DNA of 64,000 nucleotides from an uncultured Methanomicrobiaceae archaeon. GTDB taxonomy: Archaea > Halobacteriota > Methanomicrobia > Methanomicrobiales > Methanoculleaceae. Position 1 is the first letter of the stretch. The number at the start of each line of letters is the position of its first letter. The position numbers and the translations under genes were made by a program. The stretch lies in the NCBI GenBank assembly GCA_963826525.1, contig CAWGXH010000004.1, positions 1,024,001 to 1,088,000 on the forward strand, written 5' to 3'. Shown piece by piece: positions 40,140 to 50,744 of the stretch. The notes under the pieces were generated by a model. That model was not told the origin of the DNA. It searched no databases and saw only the letters and a list, made by a program, of their open reading frames with translations.

Positions 40140-41219
40140 ACGGACGGAATATCGGAATTATCGCTAAAAAGGAGTTTTCAGGACTCTATACGGAGAAGAC
40201 GATCATATTTGCCATCCTCCTGCAGCTCTTCATCGCCATGTTCTCGTCGTTCCTGCTCGTCGGGCTCACCGCCATGTACGATCCCGAGGCGATGGCGGGA
40301 TACTCCACGACCCGGTATGCGGTCGGCTATGCGGGGAACGACTCGCCGCTCGTCGCGGAGTTTGCAAAGCACGACGATCTTCTCCTCTACCCTATCGATC
40401 TTTCCGAGGGTGTTGCCGCCCTCAAGGAGCGCCGAGCTCTCGGCCGTCGTCTACGTCCCGGATACCCCGCCGGACGCGGACGACCCGATCAAGGTCACGC
40501 TCTATCTCCTGCAGAACGACCTGCAGTCGAGCATCATCAACGTCAAAATAAAGGATCTCCTCCTCGGCTACGAGGCGGAGCTCCGCGAGATCCGCTCTGA
40601 CCGGCTTGAGTCCTTCCCGCTCGGGCTGAACTTTCCCGAGGGGATAACGGGCGCGGACTTCTTTGAGTTCGTCTACGGCCTCCTGATCCCGCTGCTCGTC
40701 TTCATGCCGGCGATCATCTCCGCAGCGCTGATCATCGACCTCATCACGGAGGAGTACCAGCGCCAGACACTCGAGACGCTTCTTGCGACGCCCGTCACCT
40801 TCACGGAGATGATCTGGGGGAAGATCGTCGCCTGCGAGGTCCTGATCCCGGTGCAGGCGGGTATCTGGCTCCTCCTCCTCACGGTCAACGGGATAGCGAT
40901 CGAAAACGCCCTCCCGATCCTGCTCCACGTTTCGGTCGGCGGCCTGCTGCTCATCCTCCTCGGAACGCTCGTCGCCCTCCACTACCGGGAGCGGACCAGT
41001 GCGCAGTTCATCTTCTCGACGGCGGTTGTGGTCGTCGTCCTCTTCGTCATGGCGATGCCCTATAACCCCTTGAACCTCATCGTCCGGCTCTCGGTGAACA
41101 CCATCGGCTACGAGCACTGGGTGATGCTCGGTATCACGCTCCTGGCGGCGATCGCCCTTGCCTGGATAACAACCGCATATGCCCGGCGGGTTGGGGACGC
41201 CCGGTCTGCCGGAGCCTGA
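40136..41219 (+). CDS. ABC-2 type permease (frameshift near 40430)
   Basis: IAKKEF start; ITEEYQRQTLETLLATP; GKIVA; multiple TM helices. Confidence 0.85.
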
Positions 41220-41405
41220 ACCTCATTTCATAATCTTTATCATACTCCTCTTCTCCGCTCCCGGCACTTTTCTCCGGCGGCAGCGCTCCCCGTTAGGCTT
41301 TAATTCGCCAGCGATTCCGCAAAACCGCCTCCATGCTTACGCCTCCTCGGTATCTCTCTCGTGGAAAAGTATATCTGATGGATGGCGCTATGAAGCGCAG
41401 ACCTC

Positions 41406-42085
41406 ATGCCCCCGCGACGATACTTCAACACGTTCTGTGCGGTCTGCGGCGAACCCTACCGCTCCTCAAGCCCTGATGAGGCCGGCGGGGTCGGTTCGCG
41501 CGACCTCGACACCCGCCCGGCGGAGCCCCTCCGCTCTACGATCTATTCCTGGGTGCAGCGCTGCCCCTCCTGCGGTTACGCCTCACCCGATATCGGGCGG
41601 CAGGTTCCGGGTGCGAAGGAGTCGGTCGGGCTCCCGCGGTACCGGGAGCAGCTCGACGACCGGACGTATCCGAAACTCGCGAACACCTTCCTCTGCTGGT
41701 CGCTGATCCAGGAGGATACGGGTTCGCCGGCGAAGGCCGCCTGGGCCTGCATCCATGCCGCCTGGGTCTGCGACGATCAGGGAAACGATGTTGCGGCACG
41801 GCTCTGCAGGAAACGTGCCGCCGCCCTGATGAAGCGGGCACGCGATGTGGGTGGGCGCCTTGCAGCACAGGAGGGCGGCGACGATGCGATCCTGGTCGAC
41901 CTCCTGCGGCGTGCCGGTCGGCTCCGCGAGGCCCGCACCGTTGCGGAGGACGCACTGAAGAACGGGCTTCCGAACCTCTCATCGCCGATGTTCTGCAGTA
42001 CCAGCGGCGCCTGATCGAGCGTTCCGACCGCACCCGTCACACCATCGACGAAGTGCGGCGGCTGCGGGGGCTCGCCCCCCGGTAA
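41406..42085 (+). CDS. DUF2225-like zinc-ribbon plus helical-repeat protein (frameshift near 41970)
   Basis: CAVCG and CPSCGYA pairs, DLDTRP, AAWVCDD, DLLRRAG. Confidence 0.7.
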
Positions 42086-42136
42086 CGGGACGCCGGATGC
42101 TCACCTTTTGTATACCATGACCCGCTGATATCTATC

Positions 42137-43448
42137 ATGCATATCGCGATCGTCTCACCCGACCTCTACACCTACGGCGCCATGCTGATCGGCGGCGTTC
42201 TGCGGGCTGCCGGGCACGACGTCTCCATCAGCAGAGAGACGAGGCTCCCGCCCGCCGACGTCCTCCTGCTCAGCCTCTACTCGACGCAGCACCTCCGCAG
42301 CCCCGCGATCCGCACCCTCGTCCGGGAGCAGCGGGCCCGCGGCGGTGTCGTGTACGTCGGCGGCCCGGTCTCGGCGTACCCGGAGATGGTGCTCGGGGAG
42401 CTCGAGCCCGATGCGGTCGTGGTCGGCGAGGGTGAGGAGACGGTGCTCCGCCTCGTCGATGCCGGTCCCTCTGCCGATCTTCCCGGGATAGCCTACCGGG
42501 ACGGTGACGGGGTGAGGGTGACCGCCCTGGCGGCGCCTGCCTCGCTCGAACGCCCCCTCCCCCTCATTCCGGCCGATATCGGCGGCCAGAGCATCAGGGG
42601 GGCGACCGCCTATATCGAGACGCACCGGGGCTGCATCGGGGGCTGCACCTTCTGCCAGGTCCCCCGTTTCTTCGGGCGGACGGTCCGGAGCCGGAGTATC
42701 GACGCGATCATCGAGGAAGTGACGGCGTTCAAGGAGCGGGGAGCAAAACGCCTCTCCATCAGCGGGGGGACGGGCTCCCTCTACGGCTCCCGGGACGGCG
42801 GTATGAACCCCGATGCCTTCATCGAGCTCCTCCGCCGGATGGCGGAGGTGATGGGGCCGCAGAATATCTCGTCGCCCGACATCCGGGTGGACTGCATCAC
42901 GGACGAGGTCCTCGAGGCGATCCGCCGCTACACCATCGGCTGGGTCTTCTTCGGGCTCGAGTCGGGGAGCGACCGCGTGCTCAAGCTGATGGGAAAAGGG
43001 GCGAAGGTCCGGCAGGTGGAGGATGCGGTTGACCGCATGCCGCCGGCACGGGCTGAAGGTGGCAGGGAGTTTCATCGTCGGCTACCCCGGCGAGACGGAG
43101 AAGGACTACGAAAAGACGAAAGACCTCGTCGCGTCGCTCTGCCTTGACGATATCTTCGTGAGCAGCGCCGAACCCATCCCGTCGACACCGCTCGCCGAGG
43201 TGGTCTTACGGACACCCCGCGAGGAGAACCCGGCGTTCATCTCGCATACCGGGGACTACCGGTCGCTGAACCTGACCGAGAGCGAGGCGCGCTGCTTCGA
43301 CCTGATGATGCACGCGGATATGTTCCGCCCCCAGATGCGGCTTGTCACGGACGAGGTTTTCACTGTCTACCTGACCGAGGCGCGGACGCAGGGTGCGGAT
43401 ATCCGGGCAGCCACCGATCTCCTCTTCCGCTACTACGGGCGGAAGTAG
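42137..43448 (+). CDS. B12-binding radical SAM protein, probable methyl-coenzyme M reductase glutamine C-methyltransferase (MJ0865 family; frameshift near 43035)
   Basis: YTYGAMLIGG B12-binding N-terminus, VGGP, ETHRGCIGGCTFC, GLESGS, SFIVGYPGET; family assignment is from recall of motifs. Confidence 0.75.
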
Positions 43449-43452
43449 GGCG

Positions 43453-44063
43453 TCACTCCTCTTTTCGGCAGAGCACCACCCGCGCCGGCGATCCGTCGAG
43501 CCCCGTCGAGCGGGAGCGGGAGGGCGATAAGCTCGTATTCGCCCTCCGGGACGCCCGAGAGGTCGAGCATCTCGATGATGAAACAGGAGTTTCCGAGGAG
43601 CTCTCTATGCACCGAACCGTCGCAGCGGAGCGCCTCGATCGACGGGCCGTCGATCCCGACGCAGAGAAGCCGCTTCCCGGACGAGGAGCCGTGCGGCCTC
43701 GATCCCGAGGTGCGGGAAGTCGGGGTCGAAGCGCTCCGCTGCCGAGAACGAGGTCTTTATGAGGAGGCGCCGGATGCCGCCGATCTCCCCGGCGAGGCGG
43801 TCTGCCGGTATCTCGCCCTCGATATCGCCGAGGTCGACCACCCGGCAGGGGCCGATGAGGTGATCGAGCGGTATCTGGTCGACGGTCATCCCGGTCTTCT
43901 GGTAGTGGATCGGCGCATCGATATGCGTCCCCGCGTGGGTGGAGACGAGCACGTCGGCGATGAGGTAGAGCTCCCGCTCTTCCCGCCGAAACTCCGTCCT
44001 CGTCACGCCGGGGATCGCGAGCATCTCGGGTGAGATCGGCCGGGTCACGTCGATGATCTGCAT
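43453..44063 (-). CDS. cyclase family (kynurenine formamidase-like) protein (frameshifted)
   Basis: STHAGTHIDAPIH motif; C-terminal GLDGSPARVV. Confidence 0.85.
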
Positions 44064-44195
44064 GAGGATTTCTATCGTTCCGGGAGGTTATCGGTCTGCC
44101 TCTTTGCAGTGGAGTAAACCGCGGCCGTGTGCGGTTTCCGGTATCGAACCGTTTAGATAATCTCCGGTGCTGGAATATCACGTTTCTGCAGAGTT

Positions 44196-44247
44196 ATCGC
44201 TCCGCCGGGAGGGGGTCTCCCCCTCCGACCCCTCCCCCCGATGCGAT
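44196..44247. repeat. GC-rich intergenic hairpin, REP/MITE-like
   Basis: GGAGGGGG-TCT-CCCCCTCC stem followed by GACCCCTCCCCCCG, enclosed by ATCGC...GCGAT. Confidence 0.4.
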
Positions 44248-44326
44248 GGCCCGGAGATTGGCCATGCCGACGTTCTGAATCGATTGTCTCATTCCTGACA
44301 TTTTCAGGACGTATTCGCAGGGACGG

Positions 44327-45411
44327 TCAGACGAAGAGGCGCGTCTGCACCGATCCGCCGTCCCCGAAGGTGACGTAGGGTTCTGCCGCCCGGCCCCTGA
44401 TGCCTGCCGCCTTCAGGTCGTGGAGGCTGGAGATCCGTCGCTTCGCCCGGCGTGCGATGATCTTCTCCAGCAGCGGCCGGCCCGATCCCCGGCACCCGGA
44501 GGAGGTCGGATCGCGGGGCGGTGTTGACGTTCACTGCCGGGCGATCGGCGGCGAGGAGCACCTTCGGGTCGGCGTTCCGGAAGAATCCCTGCTCGTCTAT
44601 GACCGATGCGAGTTCTTCGGCGGCGAGGCCGTACTCCCGCAGGAGAAAGTCCGCCTGGTACCATCGGTGTGCCCGCCAGGTCGGAGTGTCGGGGTGGCCT
44701 TCGAGCGGGGTTCCGGTGAGCGGCCGGAACGCGGAGTAGTAGATCCGGGTCGGGCGGACGGTGCGGTACTGCTCGCGGACACACCGGAGTATCTCGGCAT
44801 CGGTCTCGTCCGCCGCCCCGATCACGAGCTGGGTGGTGTGCCGGTCCGGCATGGCATCGGCCACCCATGCCTGCCGCTTTCGGATATCGTTTCTGTAGTC
44901 TTTCACCCCGCTGACGGAGAAAAGGCGGTCCTGCGAGGGAACCTCAATGTTGATGCTGATCCGGTTCGCGACAAGGGCGGCATCGCGTATATCGGAGCGG
45001 TGTGCGCCCGGCAGCACCTTCAGGTGGAGGTAACCCTCGTAGCCCCGGCGCCTGAGAATCTCGCCGGTCTCGACGATATCGTGCATCGCGAGGTCGACAT
45101 CCTGCGGGATCCCGGAGCTGACGAAGAGCCCGCCTGCCATGCCCTCGTGGTAGAGGGAGAGGAATGTTTCGGCAAGTTCCTCGGGGGTGAACGCAAAGCG
45201 GTTCCGGGCCAGCCGGACGGCACAGTAGGCACAGTCGTAGCTGCAGCTCCCGTGCATCAGGTACTTTCAGCATCTTCCCGCAGCCTCCGGCACGCGGACT
45301 GTAGGAGATGCACGGGGCTCTCGTCAGGTACTGCATGCACTCGCCCGGGGAACAGACGTCGTAGCTGCTCCCTGAGGTGAGAGTCCGCAGTTTCTCTTCC
45401 GCGAGCGACAT
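44327..45411 (-). CDS. radical SAM plus HhH protein, putative DNA modification/repair type (frameshifts near 45260 and 44465)
   Basis: SYDVC start, CSYDCAYC, GLFVSSG, YLHLKVLPG, RIYYSAF, YQADFLLREYG, LLRVPGIG; reconstructed C-terminus QTRLFV. Confidence 0.85.
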
Positions 45412-45580
45412 CACAGGTGGTTCTGCACCGGATATGATAAGCACGCTCTGTGGGGGGTGAAAGTGGCGTCCCTGCCGAAAACTTCTTTGGCGACCCCTTT
45501 TGACAATCTGTGACTTTATAAAAGGAATCAATTCATATTATATATCGTTGGCGATAGAATAATGTCCCGAGGAGGAACCT

Positions 45581-46897
45581 ATGGTTATTTTTTCCGAAAA
45601 TCAACAGGCTATTGCCAATAGGATCGATGCCGATACCGCAATCGACCGGTGGAAGGACTGGCGGTGGCAGGTACGGCACGCCATCACCGATATCCCCACG
45701 TTCGAGCGGCTGCTCGGCATCGCATTCCCCGAGGAGGAGCGTGAACTCCTCGAAGAGACCATCCGGAAGTTCCCCCTTCGGATTACTCCCTACTACCTCT
45801 CCCTGATCGATGCGAACGACTACTGGAACGACCCCATCTTCCTGCAGTGCTTCCCGCAGCCGGCGGAGCTGCAGATTGAGGCCTGCGATATGGAAGATCC
45901 GCTTGCGGAAGATTCGGATAGTCCGGTTCCTACCATCACGCACCGCTATCCCGACCGGGTGCTCTTCCTGGTCAGCAACGTCTGCGCCATGTACTGCCGG
46001 CACTGCACCCGGAAACGCCGGGTCGGCGACGTCGACTCCATCCCGGGCGAGGCCGAGATCCTGGCCGGGATCGCGTACATCCGGGAGAATACTGCCATCC
46101 GCGACGTGCTCCTCTCGGGCGGCGATCCCTTCATGCTCTCCGACGAGTACCTCGACTGGATCCTCACCGAACTAGCGGACATCCCGCACGTCGAGGTGGT
46201 ACGGATCGGTACCCGCACGCCGGTCGTCCTCCCCTACCGGATCACCGAGAAGTTCACGGCGATGCTCAAAAAGCACCACCCGCTCTGGGTGAACACGCAC
46301 TTCAATCACCCTGCCGAGATCACCGCATCGTCGCGTGAAGCGCTCCGCCGGCTCGCCGACGCCGGTATCCCGCTCGGGAATCAGACCGTTCTGCTCGCCG
46401 GGGTGAACGACTGCCCGCGTATCATGAAGACGCTCATGCACAAGCTCGTCCAGAACCGCGTTCGGCCGTACTACCTCTACCAGTGCGACCTCTCCGAGGG
46501 GCTGGCCCACTTCAGAACGCCCGTCTCGAAAGGGATCGAGATCATCGAGAATCTCATCGGGCATACGAGCGGGTTTGCCGTGCCGACGTACGTCATCGAC
46601 GCACCGGGCGGCGGCGGGAAGATCCCGGTGATGCCGAACTACCTCATCTCCTGGTCGACGAATAAGGTCGTCCTGCGGAACTACGAAGGCGTGATCACGA
46701 CCTATAAAGAGCCTGACTCCTACGAAGCGGTGTACTGCGACCGGCAGTGCGACACCTGCCGCCTCCACCTGAAACTCGACGATGCGGACGAGTCCAAAGC
46801 GGTCGGGATCGCACGGCTCCTCTCGAACGACGAGTCCATCTCACTCGTACCCGAGAACAACGAACGGCTTGAGCGGCGACATGGCACCGAGAGCTGA
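45581..46897 (+). CDS. ablA: lysine 2,3-aminomutase
   Basis: [39 protein letters not shown]. Confidence 0.95.
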   Translation: MVIFSENQQAIANRIDADTAIDRWKDWRWQVRHAITDIPTFERLLGIAFPEEERELLEETIRKFPLRITPYYLSLIDANDYWNDPIFLQCFPQPAELQIEACDMEDPLAEDSDSPVPTITHRYPDRVLFLVSNVCAMYCRHCTRKRRVGDVDSIPGEAEILAGIAYIRENTAIRDVLLSGGDPFMLSDEYLDWILTELADIPHVEVVRIGTRTPVVLPYRITEKFTAMLKKHHPLWVNTHFNHPAEITASSREALRRLADAGIPLGNQTVLLAGVNDCPRIMKTLMHKLVQNRVRPYYLYQCDLSEGLAHFRTPVSKGIEIIENLIGHTSGFAVPTYVIDAPGGGGKIPVMPNYLISWSTNKVVLRNYEGVITTYKEPDSYEAVYCDRQCDTCRLHLKLDDADESKAVGIARLLSNDESISLVPENNERLERRHGTES

Positions 46898-47721
46898 TAC
46901 GGTTACGACGATCGGCAGCAGCGTCGTTCAGCACGGGCACCTGAACGATCGCATCTACCTGATGCACCTTGCACCCGAAGATCTCTCCGGAGATCCTCGA
47001 TACCCTCGACGATCTTGCTTGGAAGGAGGGCTACTCCAAGATCTTCGCAAAAGTGCCGGCAACGGTGCGCGACCTCTTCCTCGTCCGGGGGTACGTCGGC
47101 GAGGCCCGCATCCCCCGGTTCTTCCGCGGGCGGACGGATGGCTGGTTCATGGCGAAGTACTTCGACCCTGCCCGGGGCGAAGCGGCGACGGTGCACGGCG
47201 ACGTACTCGCCGCCGCAGAGGAGCGGGCGGGCGACGGCTCGCCGTGCCCGCTCGCCCCGGGCTTTTCCTGCTCTCCCGCTACGCCCGCCGACGCCCCCGC
47301 GATTGCCGCGCTCTACCGGGAGGTCTTCGAGACGTATCCGTTCCCCATCCACGACCCCGGCTACATCGCCCGGACGATGGAGGGGGACTATCGGTACTAC
47401 TGGATCCGGGCTGACGGGCGGATCGTGGCGGTATCGTCGATTGAGCTGGACCGGGACGCTCTCGCCGTCGAGATGAGCGACTTCGCGACGCACCCCGACT
47501 ACCGGGGATGCGGGCTTGCCGGTGCACTCCTCGGGCTGATGGAACGGGATATACAGAAGGAGGGGATGCAGACGGCGTTCACCATCGCCCGTGCCGCATC
47601 CCACCCCGTCAATATCACCTTCGCCCGGGCGGGGTATGCCTACGGGGGCACGCTCGTCAACAACACCCAGATATGCGGCTCGTTCGAGAGCATGAATGTC
47701 TGGTACAAGCCGCTTTTGTGA
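46881..47721 (+). CDS. ablB: beta-lysine N6-acetyltransferase (frameshift near 46985)
   Basis: [55 protein letters not shown]; directly follows ablA. Confidence 0.93.
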
Positions 47722-47727
47722 ACGCGA

Positions 47728-48387
47728 TCATGGCTGCCGGTCGGCCGAAGCGATCTCCCTTATGAACGTGAGGGCTGCGACGGCATCCTCGCGTTTCCGG
47801 TCGACCGCATGCTCGTCGGCGAAAGCCAGGAACCGTGCCGCCGCCTCGGAACCGATCTCCGGTTCGGCGGCATCGGCCAGGGCCTGATACGTCCGTTCGG
47901 GGAAGTAGAGGGCACGGCCTTTTTCGAGGAGCACCCGGGCGGCATCGGCGTCCACCACGCCGCACTCGACCGCACGCTGGAGGGTCGCCCGGATATTGAC
48001 CAGCGGTTCGGAGAGCGGCGTATACGACTCCGGGTCGAAGATGAGCGCCACCTCGTCGTCTGCGACGAGCCGCCCGTCCCGGTACGCCCGGTAGACCTCC
48101 CCGACGCCCTCCATCCCGAGGGTGTCGAGCTCCGCGGCCCGCAGCGCTCCCATGCTGGACGCCCCGATAACCCGCACGCCCGCCCGGAGTGCCGCGAGGA
48201 CCTCCCGGTGGGCGACGGCGCAGTCCTGGAAGAAGACCCCGTCGATGAGGCCGATGATCCGGGCGCCGGCATCGACAGCCGCCGGGATATCCCCTCGTCT
48301 CGCGGGAGGGAGATAGACGGCGTCCAGGATCTCCCGGGCGCTTGCCTTATCGAGACTCGGACCGAGGAAGACGACTACGTCGTGCAT
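47728..48387 (-). CDS. tfuA: TfuA (MCR glycine thioamidation partner)
   Basis: VFLGPSL, PPARRGD, IDGVF, GASSMGALRAAEL, DDEVA, SEPLVNIR. Confidence 0.95.
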   Translation of the reverse strand: MHDVVVFLGPSLDKASAREILDAVYLPPARRGDIPAAVDAGARIIGLIDGVFFQDCAVAHREVLAALRAGVRVIGASSMGALRAAELDTLGMEGVGEVYRAYRDGRLVADDEVALIFDPESYTPLSEPLVNIRATLQRAVECGVVDADAARVLLEKGRALYFPERTYQALADAAEPEIGSEAAARFLAFADEHAVDRKREDAVAALTFIREIASADRQP

Positions 48388-49564
48388 CGCGGCACCTCGC
48401 TCCCACCCGCTCCTGATCCATGGCAGAGACCTCGAGCCCCGGCACGATGACGCGGACGACCGGGATACCGATCTCCGGGCGGGTCAGGTCGACCGCTATC
48501 ACCCGGTCGAGCCCGGCCTTTTCGAGCATCCCGACCGTGTGGGTGATGTCGGTCAGGAAGTCGTCGCTGTCGAAGGACGGAATGGCGGCGATATCGCGCC
48601 CCTCCGCCTCCGCGAACCAGTGCCGGTTTAAGCGCTTGGTCCGTTCGTAGCCGAGCTGCTTGCGCACATCCGCTGTATCGGTATCCTCCCGTGCCCCGTG
48701 GATCTGGGTCAGCCTGCTCTGCGCAACCTCGGTGAGTGCCCGGAGCGCCGCAATCTCGGCGTTTGTGTGCGATCCCATGCCGATGGTCAGGAGCGTCGGG
48801 TCCTTGAGCAGTACGTCGTCGGCGACGGCGGCGAAGGTGGGGATGCCGATATCGCTCGTTATGTCCTTGATCCGCACATCGACACTTGCCGCCGCAAACT
48901 TCTCGAGGAGCTCGGCGGGAAGTCCGTCGGCGATGCCGGTCACCTCGGGCCCGGTCGCCCGGAGGGTCTCGACGATCGACCAGGCGTCGCGTTCGACCAC
49001 CTCCATCAGGGCGTGGAAGATCGCCTCTTCGAGGGTATTGCCGGACGCAAGGCCGTTAGTGTTCGTCCGAAAGAGCCTTCCGGCGGCGGCCGGGAGCGGG
49101 TGGAAGACCGCGTGTGCCGGAACCAGAACCTCTTCCTCCCGGGCGATGTCGTATCCGGTGACCCAGGGGAGCGGCTGATCGGCCGGTGCACGGGCGGGCA
49201 GGATGAGGTCGGCGGGGTCGAGGACAGTCTCCTTTCCGGCAAGGTCGGCGTACCTGGCGGTGATGAGCGGTGTCTCGCCGCATTCGGCGGAGTAGCGTTC
49301 TATCCCTTCCATCATCGCCGAGACCTCCGCCTCGACGGGCGTCGCTCCTTTGCCGTTGTAGACCGATATTGCACCCTCCCCGGCGGTCGGCCGGATGCCG
49401 GAGAAGACCGGGATGCCGATACGGTCGAGGTTCGTGATATCGGCGATGCGGGTTATCCCGGCGGCCGGGAGTCTCGCCCGCACCCGGTCCCGGGTCTCTT
49501 CGGGGGGAACCGCCCGCTGGGTCTCTTTCGCGTACGCCTTTCTGCAGGACTGCAGCCGGATCAC
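48347..49564 (-). CDS. ycaO: YcaO-family McrA-glycine thioamidation protein
   Basis: DITNLDRIGIP, YNGKG, MEGIER, TNGLASGN, EVVERDA, ALTEVAQSR, VIVPGLE. Confidence 0.95.
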   Translation of the reverse strand: MIRLQSCRKAYAKETQRAVPPEETRDRVRARLPAAGITRIADITNLDRIGIPVFSGIRPTAGEGAISVYNGKGATPVEAEVSAMMEGIERYSAECGETPLITARYADLAGKETVLDPADLILPARAPADQPLPWVTGYDIAREEEVLVPAHAVFHPLPAAAGRLFRTNTNGLASGNTLEEAIFHALMEVVERDAWSIVETLRATGPEVTGIADGLPAELLEKFAAASVDVRIKDITSDIGIPTFAAVADDVLLKDPTLLTIGMGSHTNAEIAALRALTEVAQSRLTQIHGAREDTDTADVRKQLGYERTKRLNRHWFAEAEGRDIAAIPSFDSDDFLTDITHTVGMLEKAGLDRVIAVDLTRPEIGIPVVRVIVPGLEVSAMDQERVGARCRDARRSRLPRSESR

Positions 49565-49995
49565 GCGTCACCCTCCGGATGCTCTCCCGGCACCCAGCGT
49601 TCGCCGCCGGGACCAATCTCCTTCTTCCAGATCGGCACGCTCTCCTTGATCCGCTCAAGGACGTACTCGCAGGCATCGAAGGCCTCCTTCCGGTGCCCTG
49701 CACCGACGATGATGAGCAGGATGTTCTCGCCGACGCGGAGCGAACCGATGCGGTGGATGATATCCACCGATTCGACCGGGTACTTCTCCATCGCCTCGTC
49801 CCGGATCGCGGTCAGCTCCTCCACGGCGACCTCTTCGTACGCTTCGAGTTCCATCCGTTCGATGCCGTCGTCCCTGACGACGCCGAGGAACGTGACGAGT
49901 CCGCCCATGCTCGAACGCTTCGCCCTGTCGATCATTTCGCCGGCATCAAAGTCGTCTCTCGTTATGCTGATCATCAGACTCCTCCGCTCCGTCAC
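49561..49995 (-). CDS. moaE: molybdopterin synthase catalytic subunit
   Basis: VTFLGVVR, HRIG, HRKEAF, VPIWKKE. Confidence 0.93.
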   Translation of the reverse strand: MTERRSLMISITRDDFDAGEMIDRAKRSSMGGLVTFLGVVRDDGIERMELEAYEEVAVEELTAIRDEAMEKYPVESVDIIHRIGSLRVGENILLIIVGAGHRKEAFDACEYVLERIKESVPIWKKEIGPGGERWVPGEHPEGDA

Positions 49996-50270
49996 CCGCC
50001 CGCGACCGGCGGGAAGAGTGCGATCTCGTCTCCTTCGGTAAGAGCGAGTGTGTCGATCTCTGTTTTGCGGACTCGTTTTCCGTTCCGCATCAGGATGACG
50101 TGCCCCTTCAGCTCCCCGCTCTCCTCGAAGAGGGCGGCACGGCCCATCTCCGATACACCGCCGATGACGGTGAGCAGCCTCTTCATCGTAGCACCATCGG
50201 GAATCTCCACCAGACGTTCTCCTCCGAGCGTCTCCCGCAGTTGTGCGAATGCCCTGACCTTCACCTGCAT
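49992..50270 (-). CDS. moaD: MoaD/ThiS (SAMP-like) ubiquitin-fold sulfur carrier
   Basis: VKVRAFAQLRE start; C-terminal FPPVAGG di-glycine. Confidence 0.9.
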   Translation of the reverse strand: MQVKVRAFAQLRETLGGERLVEIPDGATMKRLLTVIGGVSEMGRAALFEESGELKGHVILMRNGKRVRKTEIDTLALTEGDEIALFPPVAGG

Positions 50271-50371
50271 AGCCTTCTCCTCATATCCTCCGGCCGTCTC
50301 ACGTCTTCCTACCGGTCATGCATCAGGGTCTCGATCTGGAGGAACCCCGGAAGAGCTCGGTTCGCAATTGT

Positions 50372-50395
50372 GAACACACTTCTTATGTAGTGTTC
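50372..50395. promoter_or_regulatory. inverted repeat in the divergent moaD / HTH promoter region
   Basis: GAACAC-N12-GTGTTC in an AT-rich spacer. Confidence 0.4.
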
Positions 50396-50420
50396 GGACA
50401 AATTTTAACATTGTGATATC

Positions 50421-50744
50421 ATGAAGTTGCCCTGCCAGGCGATCGTGTGGGACCTGCTCCCGGCAATCCGGGCGGCCCTCGCAGAAGAGCTTGTCCGGTG
50501 CGGGGCTTCACAGACCGAGGCGGCACGCCGCCTCGATATGGCTCCTTCGGCGATCTCGCAGTACCGATCCAAGAAGCGGGGATACCGGATCGTCCTTGAA
50601 GGAGAGGCGATGAAGTCGGTTCGCCGTCTGGCGAAGGACCTCTTCGAGGACAGAGTGGACGATCTCGCTCCCAGGATCTGTGCCGTCTGCCGCGAGCTGC
50701 GGGCGGAGTCGGATCTCTGCAGATCCTGCGACGGCATGGACTGA
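50421..50744 (+). CDS. small HTH transcriptional regulator with Cys-rich C-terminus
   Basis: LPC...LPAIRAALA, SQTEAARRLDMAPSAISQY HTH, CAVC...CRSC. Confidence 0.85.
   Translation: MKLPCQAIVWDLLPAIRAALAEELVRCGASQTEAARRLDMAPSAISQYRSKKRGYRIVLEGEAMKSVRRLAKDLFEDRVDDLAPRICAVCRELRAESDLCRSCDGMD

Noticed and set aside
8852-47721. Numerous frameshifts as programmed recoding or pseudogenes
   Set aside because: They hit essential genes (ileS, rpl11, rplP0, spt5), several sit in homopolymer or GC runs, and some compensate each other. This pattern fits sequencing or assembly indels.
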